Assembly (NCBI GenBank): GCA_039714075.1
Contig: JBDLKA010000002.1
Span: forward strand, 1-64,000
Source of the DNA: Candidatus Krumholzibacteriota bacterium
Lineage (GTDB): Bacteria; Krumholzibacteriota; Krumholzibacteriia; LZORAL124-64-63
Direction: 5' to 3'
Length of the DNA: 64,000 bases
The translations under genes were made by a program, and so were the position numbers. Below the pieces are notes generated by a model. The model was given only the letters and a program-made list of their open reading frames with translations, had not been told where the DNA came from and searched no databases. Positions 38,449-47,263 of this stretch are shown piece after piece (position 1 is the stretch's first letter; each line of letters begins with the position of its first letter).

Positions 38449-40254
38449 ATGGCCTTCAATCGGGAAAAAACACGCAATTTCTGCATCATAGCCCATATCG
38501 ACCACGGGAAGAGCACCCTGGCCGATCGCCTGCTCGAGCACACCGGAACGCTCGTCGGCAAGGCCATGCAGGAACAGGTCCTCGATTCCATGGACCTGGA
38601 GCGTGAGCGCGGGATCACCATCAAGAGCCATCCCATCCGCATGGACTACAAGGACGACGCCGGCGAGGCCTGGACCCTCAACCTGATCGACACCCCGGGC
38701 CACGTGGATTTCCATTACGAGGTCAGCCGCAGCCTGGCCGCCTGCGAGGGCGCACTGCTGGTGGTGGACGCCGTGCAGGGCGTGCAGGCCCAGACCATCA
38801 ACAACATGTATCTGGCCCTCGAGCATGATCTGGCCATCCTGCCGGTCATCAACAAGATCGATCTGCCCGCCGCCCGCGTGGATTACGTCATGGAACAGTT
38901 CATCGACCTGCTGGGTTGCGATCCCGATGAAATCCTCCAGGTCAGCGCCAAGACCGGCGAGGGTATCGATACCCTGCTGGGCGCGATCGTCGAGCAGGTG
39001 CCCGCGCCGACCGGGGATCCCGACGCCAAACCGCAGGCCCTGATCTTCGATTCCATCTTTGATCCCTACGTGGGCGCGGTGGCCTATGTCCGCATGTTCG
39101 CCGGCACCATCGGCAAGGGCGAAAAGATCAGGCTGTTCGGCAACGACAAGCAGTTCGAAGTGGGGGACATCGGCTGGTTCCGGCTGGACAGGATTTCCCA
39201 GAAATCACTGACCGCCGGCGAGGTCGGCTACATCGCCACCGGGGCCAAGGATGTTCGTGACGTGCGGGTGGGGGACACGATTTCCCTGGCCGAGAATTCC
39301 TGCGACGAGGCGCTGCCCGGTTATACCGAAGCCAAACCGATGGTCTTTTCGGGCATGTACCCCACGGACAACGACCAGTACGACGAACTGTTCGACGCCC
39401 TGCAGAAACTCCAGATGAACGACGCTTCCCTGACCTGGGAAAAGGAGACTTCGGCCGCCCTGGGTTTCGGTTTCCGTTGCGGGTTTTTGGGCCTGCTGCA
39501 CATGGAGATCATCCAGGAAAGGCTGGAACGCGAATACGGGTTGAACCTGATCGCGACTTTGCCCAACGTGGAATACGAGGTGCTGCTCAAGGACGGCACC
39601 GTCGAGCTGTGCGAAAACCCCGCCCTGCTGCCGGAAGCGAAGTTCATCGACGAGATCCGTGAACCCATCGTGCGCGCCTCGGTCATCACGCCCAAGGATT
39701 ACGTCGGTCCCGTGATCCAGATCTCGCTGGAAAGGCGGGGCGTCCAGACCAAGATGGAATACCTGGACACCGAGCGGGTGAACATCGAATTCGATCTGCC
39801 CCTGAACGAGCTGGTGGTGGACTACTACGACAAGCTCAAGTCGGTCACCCGCGGATACGCTTCCCTGGACTACGAGTACCTCAAGCACCGCAAGGACGAT
39901 CTCATCCGCCTCGATATCCTGATCAACGGGGACGAGGTCGATGCCCTGACCTGCATCGTGCACCGGGACAACGCCTACAGCTGGGGCTTGAAGCTCTGCC
40001 AGAAACTGAAGGAACTGATTCCCCGCCAGATGTTCGCCGTCGCCATCCAGGCCGCCGTGGGAACACGCGTTCTGGCGCGGACCTCGGTGAAGGCTTTCCG
40101 CAAGAACGTGACCGCCAAGTGCTACGGCGGCGATATTTCACGAAAGCGCAAGTTGCTCGAGAAGCAGAAAGAGGGCAAGAAGCGCATGAAACAGGTAGGT
40201 TCGGTGGAGATTCCCCAGGAAGCCTTCCTGGCGGTGCTCAAGGTCGAGCGCTGA
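38449..40254 (+). CDS. lepA: Translation elongation factor 4
   Basis: RNFCIIAHIDHGKSTLADR, DTPGHVDF, GFRCGFLGLLH, KCYGGDISRKRKLLEKQK. Confidence 0.98.
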   Translation: MAFNREKTRNFCIIAHIDHGKSTLADRLLEHTGTLVGKAMQEQVLDSMDLERERGITIKSHPIRMDYKDDAGEAWTLNLIDTPGHVDFHYEVSRSLAACEGALLVVDAVQGVQAQTINNMYLALEHDLAILPVINKIDLPAARVDYVMEQFIDLLGCDPDEILQVSAKTGEGIDTLLGAIVEQVPAPTGDPDAKPQALIFDSIFDPYVGAVAYVRMFAGTIGKGEKIRLFGNDKQFEVGDIGWFRLDRISQKSLTAGEVGYIATGAKDVRDVRVGDTISLAENSCDEALPGYTEAKPMVFSGMYPTDNDQYDELFDALQKLQMNDASLTWEKETSAALGFGFRCGFLGLLHMEIIQERLEREYGLNLIATLPNVEYEVLLKDGTVELCENPALLPEAKFIDEIREPIVRASVITPKDYVGPVIQISLERRGVQTKMEYLDTERVNIEFDLPLNELVVDYYDKLKSVTRGYASLDYEYLKHRKDDLIRLDILINGDEVDALTCIVHRDNAYSWGLKLCQKLKELIPRQMFAVAIQAAVGTRVLARTSVKAFRKNVTAKCYGGDISRKRKLLEKQKEGKKRMKQVGSVEIPQEAFLAVLKVER

Positions 40255-40295
40255 CCCGGACCCGATATCCTGCAACCGATCAGCCGGGAGTGGAC

Positions 40296-41099
40296 ATGGT
40301 CAAGAAATCGAAGAGACGCCCGCAGGACCAGGCCGTCGCCGCCCAGGGCACGGGTAAAGCCAAGGCGCCCCGGTCGCTGAAGAACACGGCCATCGAATAC
40401 GCCAAGGCCATCGGCACCGCCCTTTTGATCGCCCTGGTTCTGCGCCAGTTCCTTTTCCAGGCCTTCCGCATCCCCACGGGGTCCATGCTGGATACGCTGC
40501 AGATCGGTGATTTCCTGTTCGTCAACAAGTTCCTGTACGGGGCGAAGACTCCCGAGCGGATCAGGATCGGCAAGGCCACCCTGATCGACGGCCTGCCCGT
40601 GTTGAAACTGCCGGCCATCCGCGAACCGCGTCAGGGCGACATCATTGTTTTCGAATACCCCAACGACCGGAACCTCGACTACATCAAGCGGTGCGTGGCC
40701 GTGGCCGGGGACACCGTTCTGGTGAAAGACGGAATCCTGACGGTCAACGGCGAGATCTACGAATCGAACTTCGCCGACATCACGGGCGATCATTCCTGCG
40801 TGCCTTCGTGGACCGATCCCGAAAACTGCCCCGCTCCACGGGCCCGGCACGACCAGGCGGCCTACGTCCGCAACAAGCGCAACCACGCCTGGCCCTGGGC
40901 CGGAATGCCGAAATCCTACGTCGTGCCCGAGGGTCATATCTTCATGATGGGGGACAACCGGTACAACAGCATGGACAGCCGGTACTGGGGCGCCCTGGAC
41001 AAGAAGCTCATCAAGGGCAAGGCCATGTTCATCTATTGGTCCTGGAACGGGAACAAGCATCTGCCCCGTGTGAACAGGATCGGGGATTTGATCCGTTAG
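40296..41099 (+). CDS. lepB: Signal peptidase I
   Basis: IPTGSM, GDFLFVNK, DYIKRC, MGDNRYNSMDSRYWG; RBS GGAG. Confidence 0.95.
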   Translation: MVKKSKRRPQDQAVAAQGTGKAKAPRSLKNTAIEYAKAIGTALLIALVLRQFLFQAFRIPTGSMLDTLQIGDFLFVNKFLYGAKTPERIRIGKATLIDGLPVLKLPAIREPRQGDIIVFEYPNDRNLDYIKRCVAVAGDTVLVKDGILTVNGEIYESNFADITGDHSCVPSWTDPENCPAPRARHDQAAYVRNKRNHAWPWAGMPKSYVVPEGHIFMMGDNRYNSMDSRYWGALDKKLIKGKAMFIYWSWNGNKHLPRVNRIGDLIR

Positions 41100-41166
41100 T
41101 TCGATCCTTTCAGGTACCACGCGTCCACGAACGACGCGTTCAGGAACAACGTGCAGCGGAGCCGCC

Positions 41167-42288
41167 ATGGGACTCTACATTCACGTGCCATTCTGCGGAT
41201 CGATCTGTTCCTATTGCCATTTTGCCAGGACCGCCGACCACGGTCCCCGCAGACGCGCTCGTTACGTGGACACGGTGCTCGAGGAATTCGAGCTGCGCCG
41301 GCGGAAGTGCCAAACCCTGTCCGCGGGCCGGCGCCTTCTTCACTCCTGCTATCTGGGCGGGGGCACCCCTTCGGAACTGGAGCCGATGCTCACGGCCCGC
41401 CTGCTCGAGGGCACGGTGGGCAAGCTGCCTCTCGCCGCGGATTTCGAATTGACCGCCGAGGCGAATCCGGAATCCCTGACCGAAGACCTGGCCGCCTCTT
41501 GGCGGGATCTGGGCATTGCGCGGGTCAGCCTGGGGGTTCAGAGTCTGGACGCCGGGGTGCTGGAACTTCTTGGCCGGGCCTGCGACCCGGCCACCGCCCG
41601 CGCGGGACTGGAAAGGGCCTGCCGGATCTTTCCCCGCGTCTCGGCCGATTGGATCATCGGTCCGGGACTGGACGCAGGGACTCTTCTGGCGGAATTGACC
41701 GAGGCCGCGGATCTGGGCGTGGAACATTTTTCCGTCTACATCCTGGAGCTTCATTCCGGCACCCGGTTGGCGACGCTGGCGGAACAAGGGGTCTGGAGTC
41801 CGGCGCCCGACCGGGAAACCGAACGGTTGTACCTGGCGGTGATCGAGCATCTGGCCGACCTGGGCCTGCCTCAGTACGAGGTGGCCAACTTCGCCCGGCC
41901 AGGGGCCGAGTCGCGGCACAACCGGAACTATTGGCTGGGAAAGCCCTGGTTGGGACTGGGTCCGGCCGCTCACGGGTTCTGGGGTCGCCGGCGCTACGCG
42001 AATTTCGACAACCTTGATGACTGGCAAGCGGCGGTGGCTGACGGCCGCCTGCCCGAGGCCGAAGTGGATCCCCTGGACAGGTCGGCCCGGCGCCTGGAAC
42101 GGTTGATCCTCGCCCTGCGCACCACGCGGGGCGTCCCTTTGGACTGGCTGCCCCGATGTGGCTGGGACACCGAACAGGGACTGCGGGAAGGTTTGTGGGA
42201 GGTCCGGGATGGGCGGTTGGTCCTGACGGGCCGGGGGTTCCTGAGGATAGATACCATCGAGGAACGCCTGGCCGGGTTGACACCCTGA
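41167..42288 (+). CDS. hemW: HemN-like radical SAM heme chaperone
   Basis: LYIHVPFCGSICSYCHF, GGGTPS, EANP, SLGVQS, YEVANF, HNRNYW; lepA-hemW-hrcA synteny. Confidence 0.88.
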   Translation: MGLYIHVPFCGSICSYCHFARTADHGPRRRARYVDTVLEEFELRRRKCQTLSAGRRLLHSCYLGGGTPSELEPMLTARLLEGTVGKLPLAADFELTAEANPESLTEDLAASWRDLGIARVSLGVQSLDAGVLELLGRACDPATARAGLERACRIFPRVSADWIIGPGLDAGTLLAELTEAADLGVEHFSVYILELHSGTRLATLAEQGVWSPAPDRETERLYLAVIEHLADLGLPQYEVANFARPGAESRHNRNYWLGKPWLGLGPAAHGFWGRRRYANFDNLDDWQAAVADGRLPEAEVDPLDRSARRLERLILALRTTRGVPLDWLPRCGWDTEQGLREGLWEVRDGRLVLTGRGFLRIDTIEERLAGLTP

Positions 42289-42362
42289 AATCCCATTGAT
42301 TACCTTGGACGCGGTGACGGGCCGCGGATGACGGCCTTACGAACATTTTTCAGGTGAGAGGC

Positions 42363-43433
42363 ATGAACCGAAACGAACGTGGAACCGGACCGGACCCCCG
42401 GTCACTGGACATCCTCGACGCCATCGTACGTCTGAATATCGAAACCGGCCGGGCCGTCAGTTCCGGCCTGGTGGAGCGGTATATGCAGCGGCGGGTGTCG
42501 TCGGCCACGATCCGTTCGGTCATGAAATCCCTGGAGACCGCCGGTTTTCTCGAGCAACCCCATACTTCTGCCGGACGCCTGCCCACGGACGCGGGTTTCC
42601 GGTCGTTCGTGGACCGTTTGCTTGCGGCCTGGCCCCTGCAGCGGCACGAAACACCGCCCAGCCTGCGCCGCCTGGCGGACCAGGGCCTCTCGCAGGGCAT
42701 CCAAACCGGGGACCGTTTCAAGGCGCTGGCCCGCTTGCTGAGCCGGTTGACGGACAACGTCAGTATCATCGTGGGTCCGGCCCTGGAACCGGTGCGCGTG
42801 GTCCGGGTGGAATTTTATCCCCGTTCGGCGCGCCGGGTCTTGATGGTGGTGGTCCTGGAAAATTCGGAAGTCAGGACCGGGTTGGTGGATTTGCCCGAGG
42901 ATACCGCCGAACCGGTGCTGGAAGAAGCCGCGCGGCTGCTGTCCGCAAGGGTCCGGGGCCGCTCGGTGGGCGATATCCGCAAGGACGCTCTCGGGACCGT
43001 GGACCTGGTGGGAACCCCCGCTTCCCGGTGCGCCGCCGCACTTGCCCGGCGGGGTCGGGAGCTGTTCCGGGAATCGAAGGACGTGAAAATCGAATTCGAA
43101 GGGGTGGGACATATCCTGGAGGAACCGGAATTCCATGACCCCGAACCCCTGAAAGCGCTGATCCGGTTCATGGAATCGCCCCTGCAGATCAGGGAATCCC
43201 TGGACCGCCTGGATTGTGTCGCCACGGACGAGTTCAGGGTCTGGATCGGGAGGGAAAATCCCGTGGGCGAACTGCGGCGCTTTTCCCTGTTGACCGGTCG
43301 GTATGACCTGGACGGCAGGCCGGGTCTGCTGGCGGTGCTCGGGCCGCGCAGGATGTCCTACCAGCGGGCCTTCCACGGCATGGAAATCCTGCGCCGGGTC
43401 ATTGGGGAATCCCAGGGATCACTTGCAAGTTGA
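42363..43433 (+). CDS. hrcA: Heat-inducible transcription repressor
   Basis: ILDAIV, SSATIR, LEQPHTSAGRLPTD.GFR.FVD, LGPRRMSY. Confidence 0.92.
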   Translation: MNRNERGTGPDPRSLDILDAIVRLNIETGRAVSSGLVERYMQRRVSSATIRSVMKSLETAGFLEQPHTSAGRLPTDAGFRSFVDRLLAAWPLQRHETPPSLRRLADQGLSQGIQTGDRFKALARLLSRLTDNVSIIVGPALEPVRVVRVEFYPRSARRVLMVVVLENSEVRTGLVDLPEDTAEPVLEEAARLLSARVRGRSVGDIRKDALGTVDLVGTPASRCAAALARRGRELFRESKDVKIEFEGVGHILEEPEFHDPEPLKALIRFMESPLQIRESLDRLDCVATDEFRVWIGRENPVGELRRFSLLTGRYDLDGRPGLLAVLGPRRMSYQRAFHGMEILRRVIGESQGSLAS

Positions 43434-43532
43434 AGCCAACAAGTTGAAGCAGACCTTTCCGGGGCCGACGGTTTGGAGGGTGCCATCCCCAAACCCGGTA
43501 GCCGGTGTTTTCGAGCTAGAAAGAAGAATGAA

Positions 43533-44144
43533 ATGACCGAACCCCGAGACAAGGAAACGGATTCCCGCCCGGACGATGAGGCCGCGGAGGAAACCGCAGC
43601 GCCGGAGCAGGCCGCCGAAGAGCAGGTGGGAGAACCCCGGATCGACGACGACCAGGTTGAAGCGGAATCCGCCGAACCCGTCGAACTGTCGGCCGAGGAG
43701 ATCCTGCGCAACGAACGCGACTCCTTTGAGCAAAAGTGGCTGCGCGTGGTGGCTGAACTGGACAACGTCCGCAAGAGGTCGCGCCGCGAAATCCTGGAGA
43801 CCAGACGGTTCTCCCAGGCGGAAATCCTGCGCTCCCTGCTGGAGGTCCAGGACAATTTTGAAAGGGCCTTGCAATCGGCCGGTGATAGCTCCGATACTGG
43901 CGAAGCCGAGGCGTTCCGCGAGGGCGTGGAGCTCATTTTCCAGAAATTCCGGGCCATCCTGAAAGACAAGGGTGTCCAGCCCATGGAAGCGCTGGGTGTC
44001 GAATTCGATCCCACCTTTCACGAAGCGGTGGGGCAGCTCCCCCGCGAGGATACCGAATCCGGCCAGGTCATCGAGGTCATCCAGCAGGGATTCCATTTCG
44101 GCGACATGGTGCTGAGACCGGCCAAGGTCATCATTTCCAGTTAA
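43533..44144 (+). CDS. grpE: Nucleotide exchange factor GrpE
   Basis: AELDNVRKR, LLEVQDNFERAL, FDPTFHEA, LRPAKV. Confidence 0.95.
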   Translation: MTEPRDKETDSRPDDEAAEETAAPEQAAEEQVGEPRIDDDQVEAESAEPVELSAEEILRNERDSFEQKWLRVVAELDNVRKRSRREILETRRFSQAEILRSLLEVQDNFERALQSAGDSSDTGEAEAFREGVELIFQKFRAILKDKGVQPMEALGVEFDPTFHEAVGQLPREDTESGQVIEVIQQGFHFGDMVLRPAKVIISS

Positions 44145-44153
44145 GAGGAACGA

Positions 44154-45299
44154 ATGAGCAACAAGCGGGATTATTACGATGTGCTGGGCGTGGGACGCGA
44201 CGCCGACAACGGGGAGATCAAGAAGGCCTACCGCCAGAAGGCCATCAAGTTCCATCCCGACAAGAATCCCGATGACGAATCCGCCGCGGAAAAATTCCGG
44301 GAAGCCACCGAGGCCTACGAGGTTCTCCGGGATTCCCAGAAAAGGTCCCAGTACGACCAGTTCGGACACATGGACCAGAACGCCGGTTTCGGTGGCGCGG
44401 GCGGTTTTGGCGGGGCCGACGGTTTCAACGTCGATCTGAACGACGCCCTGGAAAGCTTCCTGCGGAATTTCGGCATGGGGGGCATGGGTGGAGGGTTCTC
44501 CGATGTGTTCGGCGGCGGCGGTGGCGGTGGCCGGCAGCGGGGGCGCAGTCTCCAACTCGAACTTTCGGTGACCCTGCTCGAGGCCGCGCAGGGCGCCAAG
44601 AAAACGGTCAAGCTCAACAAGCAGGTCGCCTGTTCCGAATGTGAAGGGACGGGCGCGGCGGCGGGCAGCAAGCCGGTGACCTGTTCCCAGTGCCGGGGCC
44701 AGGGCCGCGTGCGTCAGGTGCGCCAGTCCCTGTTGGGCCAGATGATGACCGAAGGCGTGTGCCCCCAGTGCCAGGGCCAGGGCTCGGTGGTGGAGACGCC
44801 CTGCGGGGAGTGCCGCGGCACCGGCACGGTCCGGGGCGAGGAAACCCTCAGCCTCAAGGTTCCCGCGGGGGTAAGTTCCGGCAACTACATGGAGCTCAAG
44901 GGCAAGGGCGATGCCGGCCCCGCCGGAGCCCCGGCCGGTGACCTGCGGGTGATTTTCGAGGTCCAGGAAAACGAGCTTTTCCAGCGTCACGGAGACGATC
45001 TGCTGATCGACGTGCCCCTTTCGCCGGTGGATCTCATGCTCGGCACCAAGGTGGAGGTCCCCACGCTGGAGGGTAAGGTTTCCCTGAAGGTTCCCGCCGG
45101 AACGCAGAGTCACAAGATTTTCCGCATGAGGAACAAGGGCATTCCCCATGTCAATCGTCCCGGCTCGGGTGATCAGCTGGTGCGGGTGCTGGCCTGGACC
45201 CCGGAGAAACTCGATCGCGATATGAAAAAGAAGCTGGAGGCGGTCCGCGATGATCTCGCCGGCCGGATTCCCGCCCCGGGACGGCACCTCTACGAATAA
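44154..45299 (+). CDS. dnaJ: Chaperone DnaJ
   Basis: [15 protein letters not shown] region, four CxxCxGxG repeats. Confidence 0.97.
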   Translation: MSNKRDYYDVLGVGRDADNGEIKKAYRQKAIKFHPDKNPDDESAAEKFREATEAYEVLRDSQKRSQYDQFGHMDQNAGFGGAGGFGGADGFNVDLNDALESFLRNFGMGGMGGGFSDVFGGGGGGGRQRGRSLQLELSVTLLEAAQGAKKTVKLNKQVACSECEGTGAAAGSKPVTCSQCRGQGRVRQVRQSLLGQMMTEGVCPQCQGQGSVVETPCGECRGTGTVRGEETLSLKVPAGVSSGNYMELKGKGDAGPAGAPAGDLRVIFEVQENELFQRHGDDLLIDVPLSPVDLMLGTKVEVPTLEGKVSLKVPAGTQSHKIFRMRNKGIPHVNRPGSGDQLVRVLAWTPEKLDRDMKKKLEAVRDDLAGRIPAPGRHLYE

Positions 45300-45316
45300 C
45301 CCTGCCGCCCCTGCCG

Positions 45317-46102
45317 ATGGGAGGCCCCTTGCGCCAGTTCTTCTTGGCAACCGACCCGGACCAGCTTCCCCGACCCGGGGACCAGGTTACCCTCGGCCGT
45401 GATGAAAGCCATCACCTGTCCACTGTTTTGCGCGGGGGGCGGGACCTGGTCATCGAACTGGTGGACGGCCGCGGCCACCGGATGACCGGCCGGCCGTGCG
45501 GCCGTGACGGGAAAACGGCCCGGATTGAAATCCTTACCCTGACCAGGGACATCGAGGAGTTCCGTGAGCCGCGACTGGTGGTGGCCTGCGCGGTGGTCAA
45601 GGGGAAACGGTTCGAATGGGCCCTGGAAAAGGCCGTGGAACTCGGCGCCCACGAGTTCCTCCCTCTGGAGACGGACCTCGGGGTGATCGACCCGCGACCC
45701 GGCAAACAGGATCGCTGGCGCTCCATCATGACGGCCGCGCTCAAACAGAGCGGGAGGTCGTATCTTCCATTTCTCTCCGAACCCCTGCCCGTCAAGGATG
45801 TCCTGGCCCGCTGCTCCGCCGGACCGGTTTATTTCGGCGCGGCTCCCGCTGACGGGGAAGCACTCCGGAGTGGGGCTCCCTTCTGGACCGATATCCTGGA
45901 CGAGGGCAAGGAGAAGTCGCCTTCGCAGCTGACGGTTCTCATCGGTCCGGAGGGCGGTTGGTCCCCCGCCGAACTTTCTTTGCTGTCCCGGGATGGAACG
46001 CAGGCCATCAGCATGGGACCGCACGTCCTGCGCACCGAAACGGCCGTCCTGACGGGGCTGGCCATTCTGCAGGCTCTGCGGGACAGGTGGGGTTCGGACT
46101 GA
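45317..46102 (+). CDS. rsmE: 16S rRNA m3U1498 methyltransferase
   Basis: HHLSTVLR, EKAVELG, ALKQSGR, IGPEGG, VLRTETA. Confidence 0.93.
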   Translation: MGGPLRQFFLATDPDQLPRPGDQVTLGRDESHHLSTVLRGGRDLVIELVDGRGHRMTGRPCGRDGKTARIEILTLTRDIEEFREPRLVVACAVVKGKRFEWALEKAVELGAHEFLPLETDLGVIDPRPGKQDRWRSIMTAALKQSGRSYLPFLSEPLPVKDVLARCSAGPVYFGAAPADGEALRSGAPFWTDILDEGKEKSPSQLTVLIGPEGGWSPAELSLLSRDGTQAISMGPHVLRTETAVLTGLAILQALRDRWGSD

Positions 46103-46218
46103 TTCGCCCGTGCGGGGAGACAGGCGTGGCCTGGTCTTGACAGGCGGCCTGACGCGAGCTTTCATGATCAAGTCGGGGCTGTGAGCACAGGGAATAATCA
46201 ACCAGGAAGGTGAAACGC

Positions 46219-46674
46219 ATGGCCAAGAGTGAAGTCGCAGCCAGGCTGCAGCAGGAAGTCGTGGCGGCCATGAAGGCCAAGGACAAGGCCCGGCTCGGTG
46301 TGTTGCGCATGCTGCAGGCGGCGGTCAAGCAGGTGGAAGTGGACCAGCGGAAGGAACTCGAGGACGATGATGTCCTGAAAATCCTCACTTCCTATGGCCG
46401 CAAGGTCAAGGACCAGATCTCCAGTTACGGCGATGCCGGGCGCGATGAACTGAAGGCGGCCGCGGAGGTGGAGCTGACCATCGTGTCAGAATTCCTGCCC
46501 GCCGAAATGACGGACGAGGAACTTGCCGCGGTCATCGCCGCGGCGGTGGCCGAGACCGGAGCGTCCGGTCCCCAGGACATGGGCAAGGTCATGAAAGCCG
46601 TTCTGGCCCGGACCACCGGGCGCGCCGACGGCGGCCGCGTGAGCGCCCTGGTCAAGAAAAGCCTGGTCGGTTGA
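46219..46674 (+). CDS. GatB/YqeY domain protein
   Basis: AMKAKDK.RL.VLRML, EFLPAEM, DMGKVM, GRADG. Confidence 0.92.
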   Translation: MAKSEVAARLQQEVVAAMKAKDKARLGVLRMLQAAVKQVEVDQRKELEDDDVLKILTSYGRKVKDQISSYGDAGRDELKAAAEVELTIVSEFLPAEMTDEELAAVIAAAVAETGASGPQDMGKVMKAVLARTTGRADGGRVSALVKKSLVG

Positions 46675-46675
46675 C

Positions 46676-47263
46676 ATGAATTTTCCCCTTTTAATGGCTT
46701 TGGCCGCCATCATCGCCTTCGGGATCCTGGGTTTCCGGGACGGCGTGGTCAAGCGCATCCTCGAAATCACCGGGGTGCTGGTGAGCCTCATCCTGACCGC
46801 CCGTTTCGCTTCGGCGGTCCAGCCCTGGATCATGGACAAGACCGGCATGAACGAAGGGGCCTCATTGCTGGTGACGTGGGCGGTCCTTTTCTTCGTGGGC
46901 CTGGTTCTGAGCCGGATACTCGCCACCTTCATCAGCAAGGCCCTGCGGTTGACCGTCCTGGGTTGGCTGGACAAGTGGGGGGGCGCCCTGGTCGGCCTCG
47001 CCTTCGGCACGCTCGTGACCAGCGTCATCCTGGTGGCGGCCACCCAGGTTCCGGGCGGACGGCCCATCCAGACGGCCTACGACAAATCCCCCCTGGGCCA
47101 GTTCATCTACTATGCCGCCCCGGTGGTCTACGAACAGGCGCGCAAGCTTTCGGGGGGGCAGGTCGAAGAAATCTGGGACCGGGCCCTGGACAAGGCCAAG
47201 GAGTCCGGGGGTAAGGTCAAGGAGGAAGTCGGCGAGGCCGTCGACGAGGCCGTAAACGAATGA
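46676..47263 (+). CDS. CvpA (colicin V production) family membrane protein
   Basis: GFRDG, four hydrophobic segments, LGWLDKWGGALVG; upstream of mutS2. Confidence 0.88.
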   Translation: MNFPLLMALAAIIAFGILGFRDGVVKRILEITGVLVSLILTARFASAVQPWIMDKTGMNEGASLLVTWAVLFFVGLVLSRILATFISKALRLTVLGWLDKWGGALVGLAFGTLVTSVILVAATQVPGGRPIQTAYDKSPLGQFIYYAAPVVYEQARKLSGGQVEEIWDRALDKAKESGGKVKEEVGEAVDEAVNE

